Assembly: GCF_000485595.1 (NCBI RefSeq)
Contig: NW_014577091.1
Span: 114,835-174,892, forward strand
Source of the DNA: Priapulus caudatus
Lineage: Eukaryota
DNA length: 60,058 bases
Direction of reading: 5' to 3'
Position 1 is the first letter of the stretch. Each line of letters begins with the position of its first letter. This document shows positions 46,801 to 58,997 of this stretch, one piece after another. Below the pieces are notes generated by a model. The model was not told the DNA's origin and searched no databases. It saw only the letters and a program-made list of their open reading frames with translations. The translations under genes were made by a program, and so were the position numbers.

Positions 46801-49306
46801 GAAACACCACATTATATCGATATGCTGGAACGCCAGGGCTTGCAAGGGCACATGTGTCTGGTAGAAGGGATTAAAACTGGTTCTGCCAAAGTGACAGTCA
46901 AGCTGAGACATCCAGCCTATAAGGTATGATCATACAGTACATTACATTTAAAGGCTATGGGAATTATAAATTTATAAGTCTTGTGAGACACATCCCACTC
47001 ATGAATGTTGAAGTTAGTCTGCAGGTTGGATCATTTAAATTCACATCTAACATATATTCTTTTTGTTTATCATGTATATTTAGATACATTTCTCACACAA
47101 ATGTGTTACGATAGGAAGCGCTGTAAGGGAGTGTTACTTAAACTTGTGAATGGTTCACCCACGGGTGAATGAAATTATTTTGGGGTGAATGCAACTTGCC
47201 AAAAACATAAGGGAATTTAGTCGCGGGTGAATGAAATTTTGCGACGAAGACTCGAGGTGGAATGACGCTGAAATAGTTTTTAGTAGCACTGCTGTGAGGG
47301 ATAGTGCGCCTGCACCCCTTATGTTTTTGGTAAGTTTCAGTCACCCTTGGGTGAACCATTCATCTCTGTAACGCTTGGGACACACTAGTCAATTATTCAG
47401 GCGATTGAGTCGGGCGATTGAGTCAGACGACTAAGTGGACACACATTTCATCGGTGATTTTTCTCACCCTGCAACACTAAAACACTCGCGCCACCTACAT
47501 TGATAGTCACATGATTGATAATGGCACCATTTGCTTGGCTTATGAATTGTACATTCAGGTGACTCATTCGCCGACCCGGACACACTAGGCGATTGTAGTC
47601 GCACGACTCAAATAATCACCCGATTTTATCAAACATGTTGTCGGACTCGCCGGCGACTCACTGGACACACTAGTAGGCGATTTTCACCGGCGATTGAGTC
47701 GGGCGACTCAATCGCCGCTGAAAATCGCCTAGTGTGTCCGGGGCTTAACACTGCTGTGAGTGACAGTGAGCGTGCACCCACCACCGTGCGTGTTGTTTCT
47801 CGGCAGGCTGTGAACGCGAGCACGGTCGCGCTGATCGTCGTCGCTAACCTGATGCTGAACCCGGCGCACGACGTCTACCTGCTCCAGCACACGTCCGTCG
47901 CCTACAGGGTCGAGCTCATCAAGCAGGGACGAGCTCACGGTGAGAGAAGCGCCGGCGATGGCGCATCCCAGGGGTAGAAATTAACTTTTGAACACGGGAG
48001 TCCAACGGACTCCCTACCCTCAAAAAGAGGGAGTCCGCAGTCTGAGGTTCAAAATTAAAGATATTAACAATAACGCATGTGCTTATTTTTAAGATTCGTG
48101 CAGTTGCACGTCTGCCAAATTTTCTTTGAACATTAGCTGAAAAAATACGGTAATTCCGCAAGGCCGTGCTCCGGAACGAACTAGTTAGTATATGGCAGAA
48201 TTTTCATGGAGTCGCACAGACTCCTGCATGTGTCAAATCAGGGAGTTCGACAGTAAATCAGGGAGTATTTGACTCCGGACTCCCGTTAATTTCGCACCCT
48301 GGCATCTGCACGTCGCGAGGGAGCGGGTTTGCACGTCTCGAGGGCACATCACACGTCGCGTCTGCACGTCGCGTCACGAGCAGTTTACAGAGAGAGAGAG
48401 CAGCTGGCATGTATGTGTGTATGTCGTATCAGTTCCAAACCGTGTCCCGTTGGAAGGAAATCGTGTGCGTTTCACGAAAGTTTTTTAACCTGGTTATCTA
48501 CCGTTCGCAGAAATCAGCATGCCGTCTCAGCAGTATTACCTGGAGTTGACTGACACCAGCATTGGCAGTCTGGAAGTTGATACGTCGACGGTGACGGGAT
48601 TGAAATACGGAAATACCGAGATTGTTCTGAAAGACAGAAGTATCCTTTATATTCATTAGATTCCTGAGCCACTGATCAGTGTGATGAGTATAGGATCAGA
48701 ATTGTTGTATTAGACGTATAATGAGTAAGTTGTGCATTGGATTTTTATTCGGGGGTTTCACTCCAGGGCTTTTGAACCGCATTGGCGCACGCAATATTGT
48801 GGGCACGTTTTCCCATCTGCCTTTCTTAAGAGGGCCTATCCAACGTCGACTGTGCGTGAGCTTAGAGACTTGTTAGGATACACTCCTCAACTGTCGACCT
48901 CAGATATAAATATAAAAGAGCTCATCCACCACCCAACTGGACACATCTACGTAGTCACACCTGGATACCTGGGTAGGTTGTACGTCGAGCGATGCAGTGG
49001 ACCTACAGTAGTCATTTTTGTAATTCACGCATTGCTCTCAGTGTGTTTAAACAGTTTTACCAGAATTAATCTGTGTGCAGTTGTTTATTGCATGACTTAC
49101 CAGCTTTAAACATGTGTTTAGGTCTGTCTACAGGTATGTTATGTCTTGTGTAAATCTATTACAGGATTCGTGGTCCTACCAGGAAGGGTGTGGGTTCTAC
49201 AAACTGACCGTGTCTATGATATAATGATAGAAATCTACGACAGGGAGAGCCACAGAATACACCCTTCTGATGTAATGACTTATTTTTTTGGAATTTCTTG
49301 GCTTGT

Positions 49307-49356
<50 letters not shown>

Positions 49357-50852
49357 GTGCCAATGTGCGTGCGTGCGGTGGGCGGATGCGATTGTAAGTA
49401 GGGGCATGCGTGTGTGTGAGTAAATATATGCATGCATTTAGGTGGGTCTAAATCTGGGCATTCTTGTTACAAAAAGGCTTTCACGTGTAAAGTGTACTGC
49501 CAAAAATTAAACGTGTAACATAAATGCGTCAAATTCCACCTGTATTTTGACCTGATTTAACCAAACTGGGCTCTGCTTTCCTAGTATAGACATGGGAGTA
49601 GTAAATGCAACTCCTTCCATAGCAGATCTCCTTTGCTGGAGACAGATTTCGAGCCACAAATAACACTGCGTTGCTCATTGCATGTTCGCAGAATCTCCGT
49701 GTCGTTGCTACGTTCTCGGAGAAGTACTTTGAGGTGCTGTACTCGTCGGAGAACGGCACGTATCACAGGGTTCACACCCGTCAGACCGGCACTACCAGCA
49801 TTCATGGCTTACTCGATGCCGTCGTCGCCACGGTAACCTCGCTCTTCTCATACGTTTCGTGCGCCATGTTCATATGCTGTAATGTTCGACGGTGGTGCTG
49901 GAATTACTATTCGCGAGTGTTTAGTGTATGATGGAAAATAATTTGTTAGGAAATTTCGTTTATAAGTCAACCGCCCAGTGCATGGAATTTGCGGATATTG
50001 TCAAGTATTGGTGTTAGCGGCATTAGAGTCGTTATGTTGAGTCTTCAAGTTACGGTTGTAATTGGTTCCGAAATTTTGTTCATAATTCGACCATTTGGAA
50101 CTAGAGTTACGTGTGTACTTCTGTGGTCGTTGTCGTATGTATCAAAGTAAATAATTGAGCATCGTACTTGCGTGGTGTTCCAGCCAAGCCTTAGCTAAGT
50201 GCAGTTGTTGGCAACTCGCCTGTCCACTTAGAGGCAGTGTTGGGTTTAGTAGAGAGAACATGTGTAACCATGTAGTCTGTCACAACCTTCATCGCACTTG
50301 CATAAGAATTGCACGTTGAACGCTCTTGCCCACCATGGTGTGATAAAAATCAACCATATTGACAATGAGTTGTGATGAATCTGGTTTAACTTCTTATTAT
50401 CAGGATGGAAAAGAAATAAAATTAAAGCCTCCAATGAAGGCAGCACAGGAGGTGGAGATATTCGACCCTATCGTGGTGACCCCGCCACAGCTGGTGTTTC
50501 CGTGGGAACCGGTCAACAAAGGCAGCTACCATTACACCCTCAAGGTAATCAGGGTGACTATTTATGACCAACCTGCGAACCTGACGAAGCTACTGGTACG
50601 ATTCCGACGTCTCAGTGACGGAAGTATCTCTGCAGGTTTTTCCTAATGACATTTGCTCTCTCGTTTCCGCTTAGGCGTCTGGAGGAAGCGGCAACTTCAG
50701 CTGGTCCTCGTCGGACACGGGCGTGGCCAGAGTTAACGTGAAGGGTGAGATGGTGACCCTGGGAGCCGGGCGCACGACCGTGTTGGCCGCAGACGTCCGA
50801 AACCCAGCGCACACTGGTCAGGGCGAGGTAAATCTGCTTGTGCGCATACGTG

Positions 50853-50894
<42 letters not shown>

Positions 50895-53800
50895 AATTGT
50901 ACAGTAAACTGGAAGTAGGATTCTGACATTCAAGAGGAACGTTCTCGAGGTATTCTGCTTTAGGGATTTATGCAAACTTTTTTTTACACAGTTTATGCAC
51001 AGTTACTTAGGCACAATAGCTGAACGAGTTTTGGTAGTCCTTAAGGGAAATACCTCAAATGTAGTCGTGATTGTTTGGCGCAGATCCTGTTGACAAGATT
51101 TCAATCGGCTACGAATAATTACTATAAGATTAATCCCTGAAAGCGTAAGAAAGACGATAGATGTATAAATGAATAGCAGCGACGAACAATGAATAGACGA
51201 GAGACAAGAAAGACGAGAAAACAAATGAATAGACAACAAAATGGAGTCGAGTTGCCAGCTGAAAGGAAGGACTCGACCCTTACCTTGCTTTATTCGCAGG
51301 TCTATGTTCTGCCGCCGACGGAGATGCGATTTCTGCCGAGCGTTGTTGAGGTGGAGATCGGATCGGTGCTACACCTGCCTCTCGCCATGTCTGCTGAGTA
51401 CACCCTCGGTATGTGTCGCGGCTCTCGCGCCCTAGAGAATACGCTGAATAGCCGACGAGCACATGAATTCATTTTTTTCTGTCAAGAGAGAAATCACTTT
51501 CGGGAGTGTTCGGCTCGGAAAATGCAGTGACTTTGCATCGGTTGCGATGGTAACTTTTTCTAATTCTAATTGGTGGTATTATACGGCTTGTATGTATCGG
51601 CATGTCATTATATTCAGATGGGGAGAAGCGGCGGGTCACCTTCAATGATTGCAGCATGGTGCCATTTAAAGTGACCATTGGGCTTAATACCGTGTTTGAA
51701 CAGACAAAAGGTAGGTTATATATATAGATAATATAATGTGCGTGCATACGTGCGTGAGTGCGTGTATGGATGAATGTATTGTATTTACAATAATATATCG
51801 CTTTTTTGATTTGTTGATTCACTGATTTGTTTGCACTGTTTGTAATGAACGCATATGCGCGAATACTTTTACGTCATTCGACTCAAATGAGCAGCACAGG
51901 TTGGTGCTGCAATGTAGAATAGGTGAATTCAACAAGCACTTTATATTACGTAGGTTGCACATTTAATATTTCTTCTCCGCAGCCGACAAAACTGCTGCTA
52001 AACTGGCCGGCAGCTGCGTGGTGATACCAGTGAAGGGCTTACAGCTGGGAAGCACAGATGTGACTGTGCAGTATCATTACGGCACAGTGAAGCTCGAGGC
52101 AGTAGCTACCGTGGCAGCGTACAAACCCCTTGTGGTAAATATTTAAGGCTATCACAGCATATATATATATCATTGCTGTCATCTTTCATAATATGTTACT
52201 GCGACTAGCAGCATACAAACCATTTGTTGTAGATATCTCGTGGTATCAGAATATATCATATTATTATAGCTGTCATTCGTCACAATATACATTACCGAGA
52301 GCAGCAGCTCACAAATTTGTCGTGGTTATATATCTCGTGCTGTGTCTATGTACCGTAGTTATGTCCCATCAGAGTGTATGCTACCTGGACTGTAGAAATC
52401 ACCCACGTAGGTTTCTCATGTCACCAGAATGTATCTTGGCAATTTCTTATAAGTATATATGCTACTTTGAGTGTAGCAACACAGAACCCTCTTGTGGTAA
52501 TGCATCTCATGCACTGACTCGATATCTAAATATATAGAAAGTATGAATTTTATTTAAGTCAGTTGATTTTAAATTAGGTTAAGATGCATCTAGATTGTGA
52601 GATGGAAAGTATCTATTCCTGAAGTCAAATATGTATATTTATCACAATGTTATCTCACACGATTTTCAGAACTCATGGATGAATGGGAAGGTCCTTACCA
52701 TAGATAGATGGAGAAGGGTTGTACCAGTTGGGGTCAATTACACATGTCATAAGCAGCCCCAATATTTAATTAAATAGATCAGCTTGGAACGTATACGTCA
52801 ACCTGTCAAAACAGCATGACTATGTTGGGATTGTTAAACGTAAACCCAGCTGGCAAATAAGGCACGTCAAAGGATTTATTGGATTTTGCAAATTAGCTTC
52901 AGCTTTGAATGCATGTTGGACCTGACATGCATTAAATGCCAAGAGAGAACCATGGTTGGTGGTATAGTCTGCGAAATGTAAATCTGAATCTGATTTAGCT
53001 CATTGCATCTTGTTTTAGCCGCTGGACCCAGAACAGGTGGCAGTAGTGGCCGTCGGCTCTTCGAAGCAGGTTGTGTTTGAGGGAGGACCACAGCCGTGGG
53101 TTCTTGACCCGGCAGGATTCTACCGACATCGTAAGCTTGATACATATAGTCGCTCTAGTAGCGTTACTGGTGATGATGATAGTGGTCGTTGTTGTTTGTA
53201 GTAGGAGTAGCAGTCATTATTAGCGTAAATGTGACATTGCAATGAACTTGGTGATGGCGAATTTAACCTTTTCTTATGTCGTTACAGTGATGATATATAA
53301 ATGCGTATAGTCGAGACCCTTGGAAGGTTTATGATTATCGAAATTAATTACACTCTTCCTGGCAATTGATAGACAGTAGACAGGCTTATTTTCTGTTCCT
53401 GTGTTTTATATGGTTTGTTCGAAGATTTTTTTTGGAAAGGGATCTTGGAATGATCATTGGCAGCATATTGTACCCATGAGGTTAAAAAGGGTTAATAATG
53501 TAAAGATACGAGTTTTTGATTGTTTCGATTCGACGCTGTTCACACTGTTACATAAACTCATCTGCTTTCAGTGAAGCTTGAGGATGATTCATTTCTCAGC
53601 CCATCTCATACATACGGAGCCTACAGTAAGTTTCTATCTTGCTTGTTTGTCTGTGTTTCGTGTGACGATGATCCAGTTATAATTAAGACTGGTCCTTCCG
53701 TCAGTCGGCATGAAGCGACGTAGACTCGCTGTGAGATCGAAGGTGTGTTATGCAAAGTTAAATTGTCCAATAACAAGCCTTGTTCATTGCCAGAAAGTTG

Positions 53801-56800
53801 TTCTTACTTTGTCCTATATATATCCACAGTGTGAGCTATAAGTGAGCTAGCTTAGATTTATTGATTTTCTGGGATAGCACTAAAGTGTCTTGTGATAAGC
53901 TTGTAACTTTGATTGTGAGGATATTGTGTGTGCCTGTTTGCGCATCCATGCGTGCACGTGCATGTTAACGTGTGCGTGCGTGTTAAGGTGTGCGTGCGTG
54001 TGTGTGTATGTATGATTGCTGGTTTAGGATCTTGCCCGACAGCATAGCATTTTAATACTGGGTAGTAGTAGGAGCAATGATGGATTGCACGTATTGCGAC
54101 CCTGTCTTGTGCAACCGCGTTGCATTAATGTGTCGTTGCGTGGACACGTTGCAGAGACGCTGCACCTGAGCTGGGTGTTGTGTACAGGACTCGGCGAACA
54201 GCAACTCACGGTGCTCGTCGGAAACGAGGCCACGTCCACAAACCCGAAGCCAGCCAAAGCCTCTGCAAGCATCAGGTATGCAAGCACGCTTTTGTTTCTT
54301 TATGTATCTGTGTTGGTTCCCATTGTGTTAGTTATATCTCATTAACATTGCTCATACTTTGGCGTTGTGTTCCTGGCTTCGAAGAGTAGGTTGTTTCCCC
54401 TGGATCGCAAACTAAAACTGGGTCGGGAAAGGTCTCTGCTGACTGACCCAAGTTTCCTTCATAGTTGGATAGTAGCAGCATTAAGAGGGTGTGCGAGCTA
54501 CCCTGCTCTGCCACTAGATCAGAATCTAGGTCGTGTCACAGAGAATCAATAGACGTTGTGGGCTTTTTTGTTGGCAGGTTTATACTCACTCGCTAAATGC
54601 AGGCTCTCAGTGGCTGTCACATTTCCAATGCACACATGTTTCCCATGCTAACCCCATGCACTCGCATCTCTCTCTGGTTTCTCGCAGGTTTGCGTGTGCC
54701 CTGCCGGTGAGTCTACATCTGCTGCCGCTGGTGGCGCAGCCGGACCTCGAAATTCCTCCCTGTCCGATCACTCCAGACTCCGAGCTGCCAGTGAGTAGTG
54801 GTACACGGGTTACGCGAGGTCTTTCGTGCTTGAGGCTCAGTTGTGAGTCTTCTGGTTTGGTGTGTTGTACCGTACGGGTTGTTTAGTGTGTTATATTATA
54901 TTTATTATATTAGTTTATGGTAATTATAGGTTTATAGGTATTAGGTTGTACTATGTGTGTCGTGGGTCATTTACTGTAATTCTGTTGTTGGCTCTGAAGT
55001 AGGCCATAGCGACGTCGGCATTCAGGAAATGATTGTGTGGCATTACCGCAATGGTAGTTGTAACAGAAACAAGATGCTAAAAGCGTGCATGGTAAAAGCA
55101 TGCAGAACTGCATGGTAAAAGTAGCAACAGAAAGAGATAGTTGCGTGAATTGGCTACATTTTATTTTCATTGATGCACCTAACTGTTTGCCCGCAGATCC
55201 CGGCCCACTGCGATCGCAATGTCGACATCCTTGCCATCCTGAAGGATAACAACGGCAGACGCTTTGATAACTTCTCCTCGTTAGCGATTGAGTGGGAGAT
55301 CAACGATCAGACGCTGGCGAGTCTATACAACACTCACGGTGTGCAGCGGGAAGAACAGGACGGACCAGCGTGGCACAGACATGCCAGAAGTGGGTGTTCG
55401 ATTTATATGTATATATATATGTTCATATATACTGCCTGTGCGTGCTTGCATGTGCGGCCAAACCTGTGTTAGTAGATCCCTCTATAGAATGGACACCTTA
55501 AAAAGGGTCTATAAAGGACACGTGGCATTTGCCTTGAGTGACCCTTTATATACAAGTTTGAGTGCATATATAATGCATGAAGTTGTTTTGTCTGTGGCTA
55601 ACACCGAAGTGTCAGCATTGATATTGATCTTGGAATAAGTTGGTTCGATTTCATGATGATATGAGAGTAAATTTATTTTATGGTAAATTCATTCATTTCA
55701 CCTTGTTAGTATTAGTTTCGAGAACAGATGTAGCTGTTTTTGTCAAGCTATGTCAGATCTTGTTACCTGCTGCCATCTGGTGACAAGCACAAGCAACCTT
55801 GATCAGGTGGTCTAAGACAACTAGACCCATTGTTAAAACTGTTGCTAAAAGGATAAATACTTATATTTATGATAAAATAAATTACTTTTAAATTATTTGT
55901 GGTCCAGCATGGTGATTAGGTGAACAGATGAAGGGTAAAATAAGAAACTAAACTAGTGAAGAAAGCAATCTTCCGAGTTATTGCAGGGTTTCTTATACAT
56001 AAGAGGCACAGTTGTGCACCGCCGTTGTCAAATTTAACGTCGCCGGTGTGAAAATGTCCCTGTATTTACCCGGCATTGTCAAAATATTGTCAACTCAAAA
56101 ATAAATAGATCACCACCTGCTTCTGGCATATTTAGATAGCCATGTGCGTTTATTGAGTCCTGTGACATGGGTTCTACACTTTCCCGTTATTTGATTGGTT
56201 GGTCATGCGCGTTTTTCCCCAAACTGGCCATTACCTCCTTTGTCTAATTTTCCATCAGAAGAAACCCTGTATTGGTTAATGATTGCTTTGTGATTGAGTT
56301 GATGTTGTTCTGTTGCATAGGTCTGCAAACATTGCGACCAAAGAGCCTTGAAGGGTCGGTAATCGTCACTGCACGGGCAACTCACTACAATAACAATTAC
56401 TTTTCATCTCAGAAGATTTCCCACGAGGTAACGTTATAATAACAGTTGTAGCCTGTTGTTGTTGAGATGTTACTTTATACTGTATACTACGCGTACCATT
56501 CGTGTAATGTGGGATGTAGGCATGGTAACGTTTTACAGTCTTTCTATATTTTTATGACCTGGTGAATCGTCCTTGATATCTTTATAGTACAGTAAAGAAA
56601 TAAGGCAGTGGTCTTGATATAGACACGTAGGTGTAGGCAACTTGTTACAGGCATATAACTCGGTGTGAGCCCTAATATTTTGTTTGCTACAGGTTGATAT
56701 AAAGCCCCCGATTAGTCGTTCTGTGGAGCTGCAGCTGGTAGAGGAGTGCTTTATCGAACCAGACGAGATCTCTATCTTTAACCATCCTTCGAACAAGGTG

Positions 56801-58795
56801 AGAGTCTGACTAATGAAGAAATGCGAGCAATGGTCATGCTGAATCTTGTTATGTGTACGGCAGGCATTTGGTGCGCAAGACCCCATTCTAACATTTGGTA
56901 GAAATATTAAGATTTTTCCGACTCGCAAGTCGGCATTTTCACGTTTAATCAAGAGAAAAGGTTTGCGGGTGTTTACCGATTCGTACGACTATTCTCCCTG
57001 CAGGTGGCGCTGTCTATTCAGAAGGGTTCCGGCTACTTCCACGTGGAGCCGCGCGAGAGTCGCGTCGCGCAGGTTGCCGTCGACAACCGCGTTGTCAGCG
57101 TTGCGCCGGCGCACGACGGAGCGCTGTCGCTCACCGCGTATGACCTGTGTCTGTTTGCCGCCGACCCGGCCAGGGCGCAGGTGCAGGTGTCCGGCGTCGA
57201 TTCCATCGACCTGAGGGTCGTCGACAAGGTGAGCCTAGACAACAGAAGAACGACTGCGGTGTCCTCTGTCCACTGCAGCGGTTCTTAGTCTTAGTTTTTT
57301 TTTTTAGTCGTGGCTGAGATTCTTGGTGCTGGACGCTTGCTTGCCGGCCCCTTGCTATAGTATAGTATGCTATAGTACCTCCAGTACTGCGTGAGCGAAT
57401 ACTGGAATCGATCCTTGAACTTTTTATTTTCTGTCCTCAATAGTAGTTCTTTGGTCATGCACACAAGGACGATTTCTGGTTACGCAACAGTTGAACGACT
57501 TATAAAATTGTCTGTATGCACTGGGCTGTAATGTTTTTTGTCTGCCACTAAATTTCTGGGCCTTAGGTGCTAGCTTAGCACTCGCTTGGTGTCGGCTTTA
57601 TCGGACTATAAACAATAGTTCAGGGAGCCACTGGTATCATTTGGTAGCACACTCACAATTGCCTGACACCCTGCTTTCATGTTGTGTTTATGTGTTAAGA
57701 GCCACTGGTCTGTTCTAACATACTACTACGTGTTTGTAAAACGTTTACCTACCCCCGTTACTTCATTTTATTGCTGCTAGGTGGAGCTGCGTGACGAAGT
57801 GCGGGCATCTGTGAGGGTGCTGGATTCGACGGGCAAGCCACTCTCGGCACAGTTCTTCACACTTATGAACCTGAAAATTGAATCTGGATCTGAGATCATC
57901 AGTGTCAAGTATGACGCTTGCTAATTAATGACTTTGATTATATTTATTCATTTGATGTAATTTCATCAAACCCGATATTATAACCCTTTCATTGCGGTTG
58001 ATTTGTATTTTATGTCATTTGTATTTGCAATACTGAATGCCAAATATGGTTCATTATTAATGTTAATAGTAAAGTAATATGTTGCAATATTAATAGTCTC
58101 CATCTGCTGATGAAAATAGCACTGCCTCTTGCCATACTGGTTTTGTTTATACTTTATTTAATATTTTATTTACGTATCATAATTACGACATAGCATGTTA
58201 ATTATTATTAATATGTGTTTTGAGAGAAGGTAAACTTGCATTACAGGGGGAATATATCCAACTGCATCTTATCACTCTAAGTATAGTACTGGGGCTAATT
58301 GTCAGAAACATAATTAGTTATAACCATCATGAATCCAAAATGTCATAACTTTTGCATGACACTACTTCAAAATTTATGACATTCTAGACTTAAGGTGCCT
58401 ATAGTTTCAATATAGTATGGTATGATATGGTATGGAATGGTATTGTATTGGTATGGTATAGTATAGCTTAGTATAGTTGGGTATAATATAGTATTATATA
58501 GTATAGTATAATATGGTAGTAGCTGAAAGTAATACAGAAGTACACAGCCGCAGCTGTTCGCTTGACGCAGTCCCGCTGTCTCTCCCCATGCAGGCCCGAT
58601 CCATCAACGAACAAGGATCCGAATCGATTGAACTACATCGTGCGAGGCGTGAGTCTCGGCCACACCACGCTGCGCGCACACGCAACGCTGCAGAACAAGC
58701 AGAAGATCTCTAGTCAGGCAAAACCGATCCAGGTGTTCCCGCCGCTGAGGCTGGAGCCTAGGAACATCACGCTGGTGCTGGGCGCCCTCTTTCAG
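35005..58795 (+). CDS. NUP210: Nuclear pore membrane glycoprotein 210 (gp210), first 25 coding exons; gene continues beyond the window end
   Basis: Exons: 35005-35165 (signal peptide, KLNVPRVLLPY..NFTLEVTDGCYTW), 40299-40438, <=46039-46167 (acceptor in N-gap), 46431-46533, 46773-46923, 47807-47939, 48511-48639, 48904-48972, 49165-49271, 49692-49832, 50404-50544, 50675-50827 (ASGGSGNFSWSSS), 51300-51408, 51618-51710, 51983-52134, 53019-53130, 53572-53625, 54155-54275, 54688-54790, 55197-55389 (GRRFDNFSSL), 56321-56427, 56693-56797 (IFNHP), 57004-57228 (GSGYF), 57781-57908, 58594-58795 (IQVFPPLRLEP). Phases are consistent throughout. Confidence 0.95.
35265..35298. repeat. Interstitial (CCCTAA)n / (TTAGGG)n tract, about 5.5 units
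   Basis: AACCCT repeated 5 times plus AACC, 100 bp into NUP210 intron 1. Confidence 0.9.
35429..37940 (-). other. DHX35: Second copy of DHX35 region ~26802-29310 with three intact DHX35 exons (37107-37181, 36740-36844, 36403-36464); probably a misplaced haplotype contig
   Basis: Colinear near-identical 2.5-kb direct duplicate, including introns and transposons. Exons read [31 protein letters not shown] and [20 protein letters not shown] without the indels seen in the first copy. Confidence 0.85.
35613..36257. mobile_element. Fold-back TTAA element (Kolobok-like), copy 3, inside the duplicated block
   Basis: TTAA|AGGCATACTAGGCCC...GGGCCTAGTATGCCT|TTAA; same insertion site as 26987-27628. Confidence 0.8.
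38280..39053. mobile_element. Large fold-back transposon remnant: palindromic core 38632-39053 plus an outer arm related to repeats at ~31960-32160 and ~34060-34672
   Basis: Inverted arms of ~125 bp (ATGTGTAACTAAATGTTCACTTGTTCGAATTATAACTCTGTCC..). The motif TTGCAGATGAGCATTT..CGGCATTTACAG recurs at ~32005, ~34210 and, reversed, at ~38447-38478. The right side is cut by a CAGGGGTCGAAATTAGC terminus at ~39054. Confidence 0.6.
41432..44301 (+). other. Indel-rich duplicate of 44312-46703 containing corrupted NUP210 exons 3-4 (probable raw long-read gap fill)
   Basis: Colinear with the downstream block but with dense single-base indels. A poly-G stretch (~43835-44030) sits in mid-exon, and the copy is separated from the clean one by a 10-N gap. 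Confidence 0.8.
44730..45078 (+). mobile_element. hAT-type MITE, same family as 29161-29511, 6-bp TSD
   Basis: CAGGGTGCGAAATTAAC...GTTAATTTCTACCCCTG; TSD AGTAAG on both sides. Confidence 0.85.
47378..47745. mobile_element. PIF/Harbinger-like MITE with internal GGCGATTGAGTC repeats
   Basis: GGACACACTAG at the left and CTAGTGTGTCCGGGGCT|TAA at the right. The left terminus abuts another inverted-repeat element (~47130-47377, TGAATGGTTCACCCA/TGGGTGAACCATTCA). Confidence 0.55.
47969..48301 (-). mobile_element. hAT-type MITE, same family, reverse orientation, 29 bp after the NUP210 exon 6 donor
   Basis: CAGGGGTAGAAATTAAC...GTTAATTTCGCACCCTG; flanks GCATCC/GCATCT (6-bp TSD, one mismatch). Confidence 0.85.
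48640..48903 (+). other. U12-type (minor spliceosome) GT-AG intron, NUP210 intron 7
   Basis: Donor GTATCCTTTA; branch-like CTCCTCAAC at 48883-48891, 12 nt before the intron end (CAG); phase 1 keeps the frame (KDRN-INIKE). Confidence 0.88.
49308..49376. repeat. (GCGT)n microsatellite
   Basis: Directly visible. A (TG)n tract also lies at ~50855-50893. Confidence 0.9.
58411..58515. repeat. (TATAG/TATGG)n pentamer microsatellite
   Basis: Directly visible degenerate pentamer run. Confidence 0.85.
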
Positions 58796-58846
58796 GTAAA
58801 TGTAGTACTATTGTACTGATAAAAGTGCTGTCGGTGTGTGTCATAG

Positions 58847-58997
58847 ATTACTCTTTCAGGCAGTGATTGTACAGTGATGTATCTCCATCATACATTACTC
58901 TTTAGGCAGTGACTGTACAGTGATGTATCTCCATCATACATTACTCTTTAGGCAGTGACTGTACAGTGATGTATCTCCATCATACATTACTCTTTAG
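58847..58997 (+). repeat. 46-bp tandem repeat, about 3.3 units
   Basis: Unit ATTACTCTTTAGGCAGTGACTGTACAGTGATGTATCTCCATCATAC. Confidence 0.9.

Noticed and set aside
48681..48687. GTGATGA C-box-like motif in the NUP210 minor intron
   Set aside because: No downstream CTGA D box or terminal stem within the intron.
58847..58997. Regularly spaced direct repeats resembling a CRISPR array
   Set aside because: Units are contiguous with no unique spacers, in a eukaryotic intron, with no cas genes.
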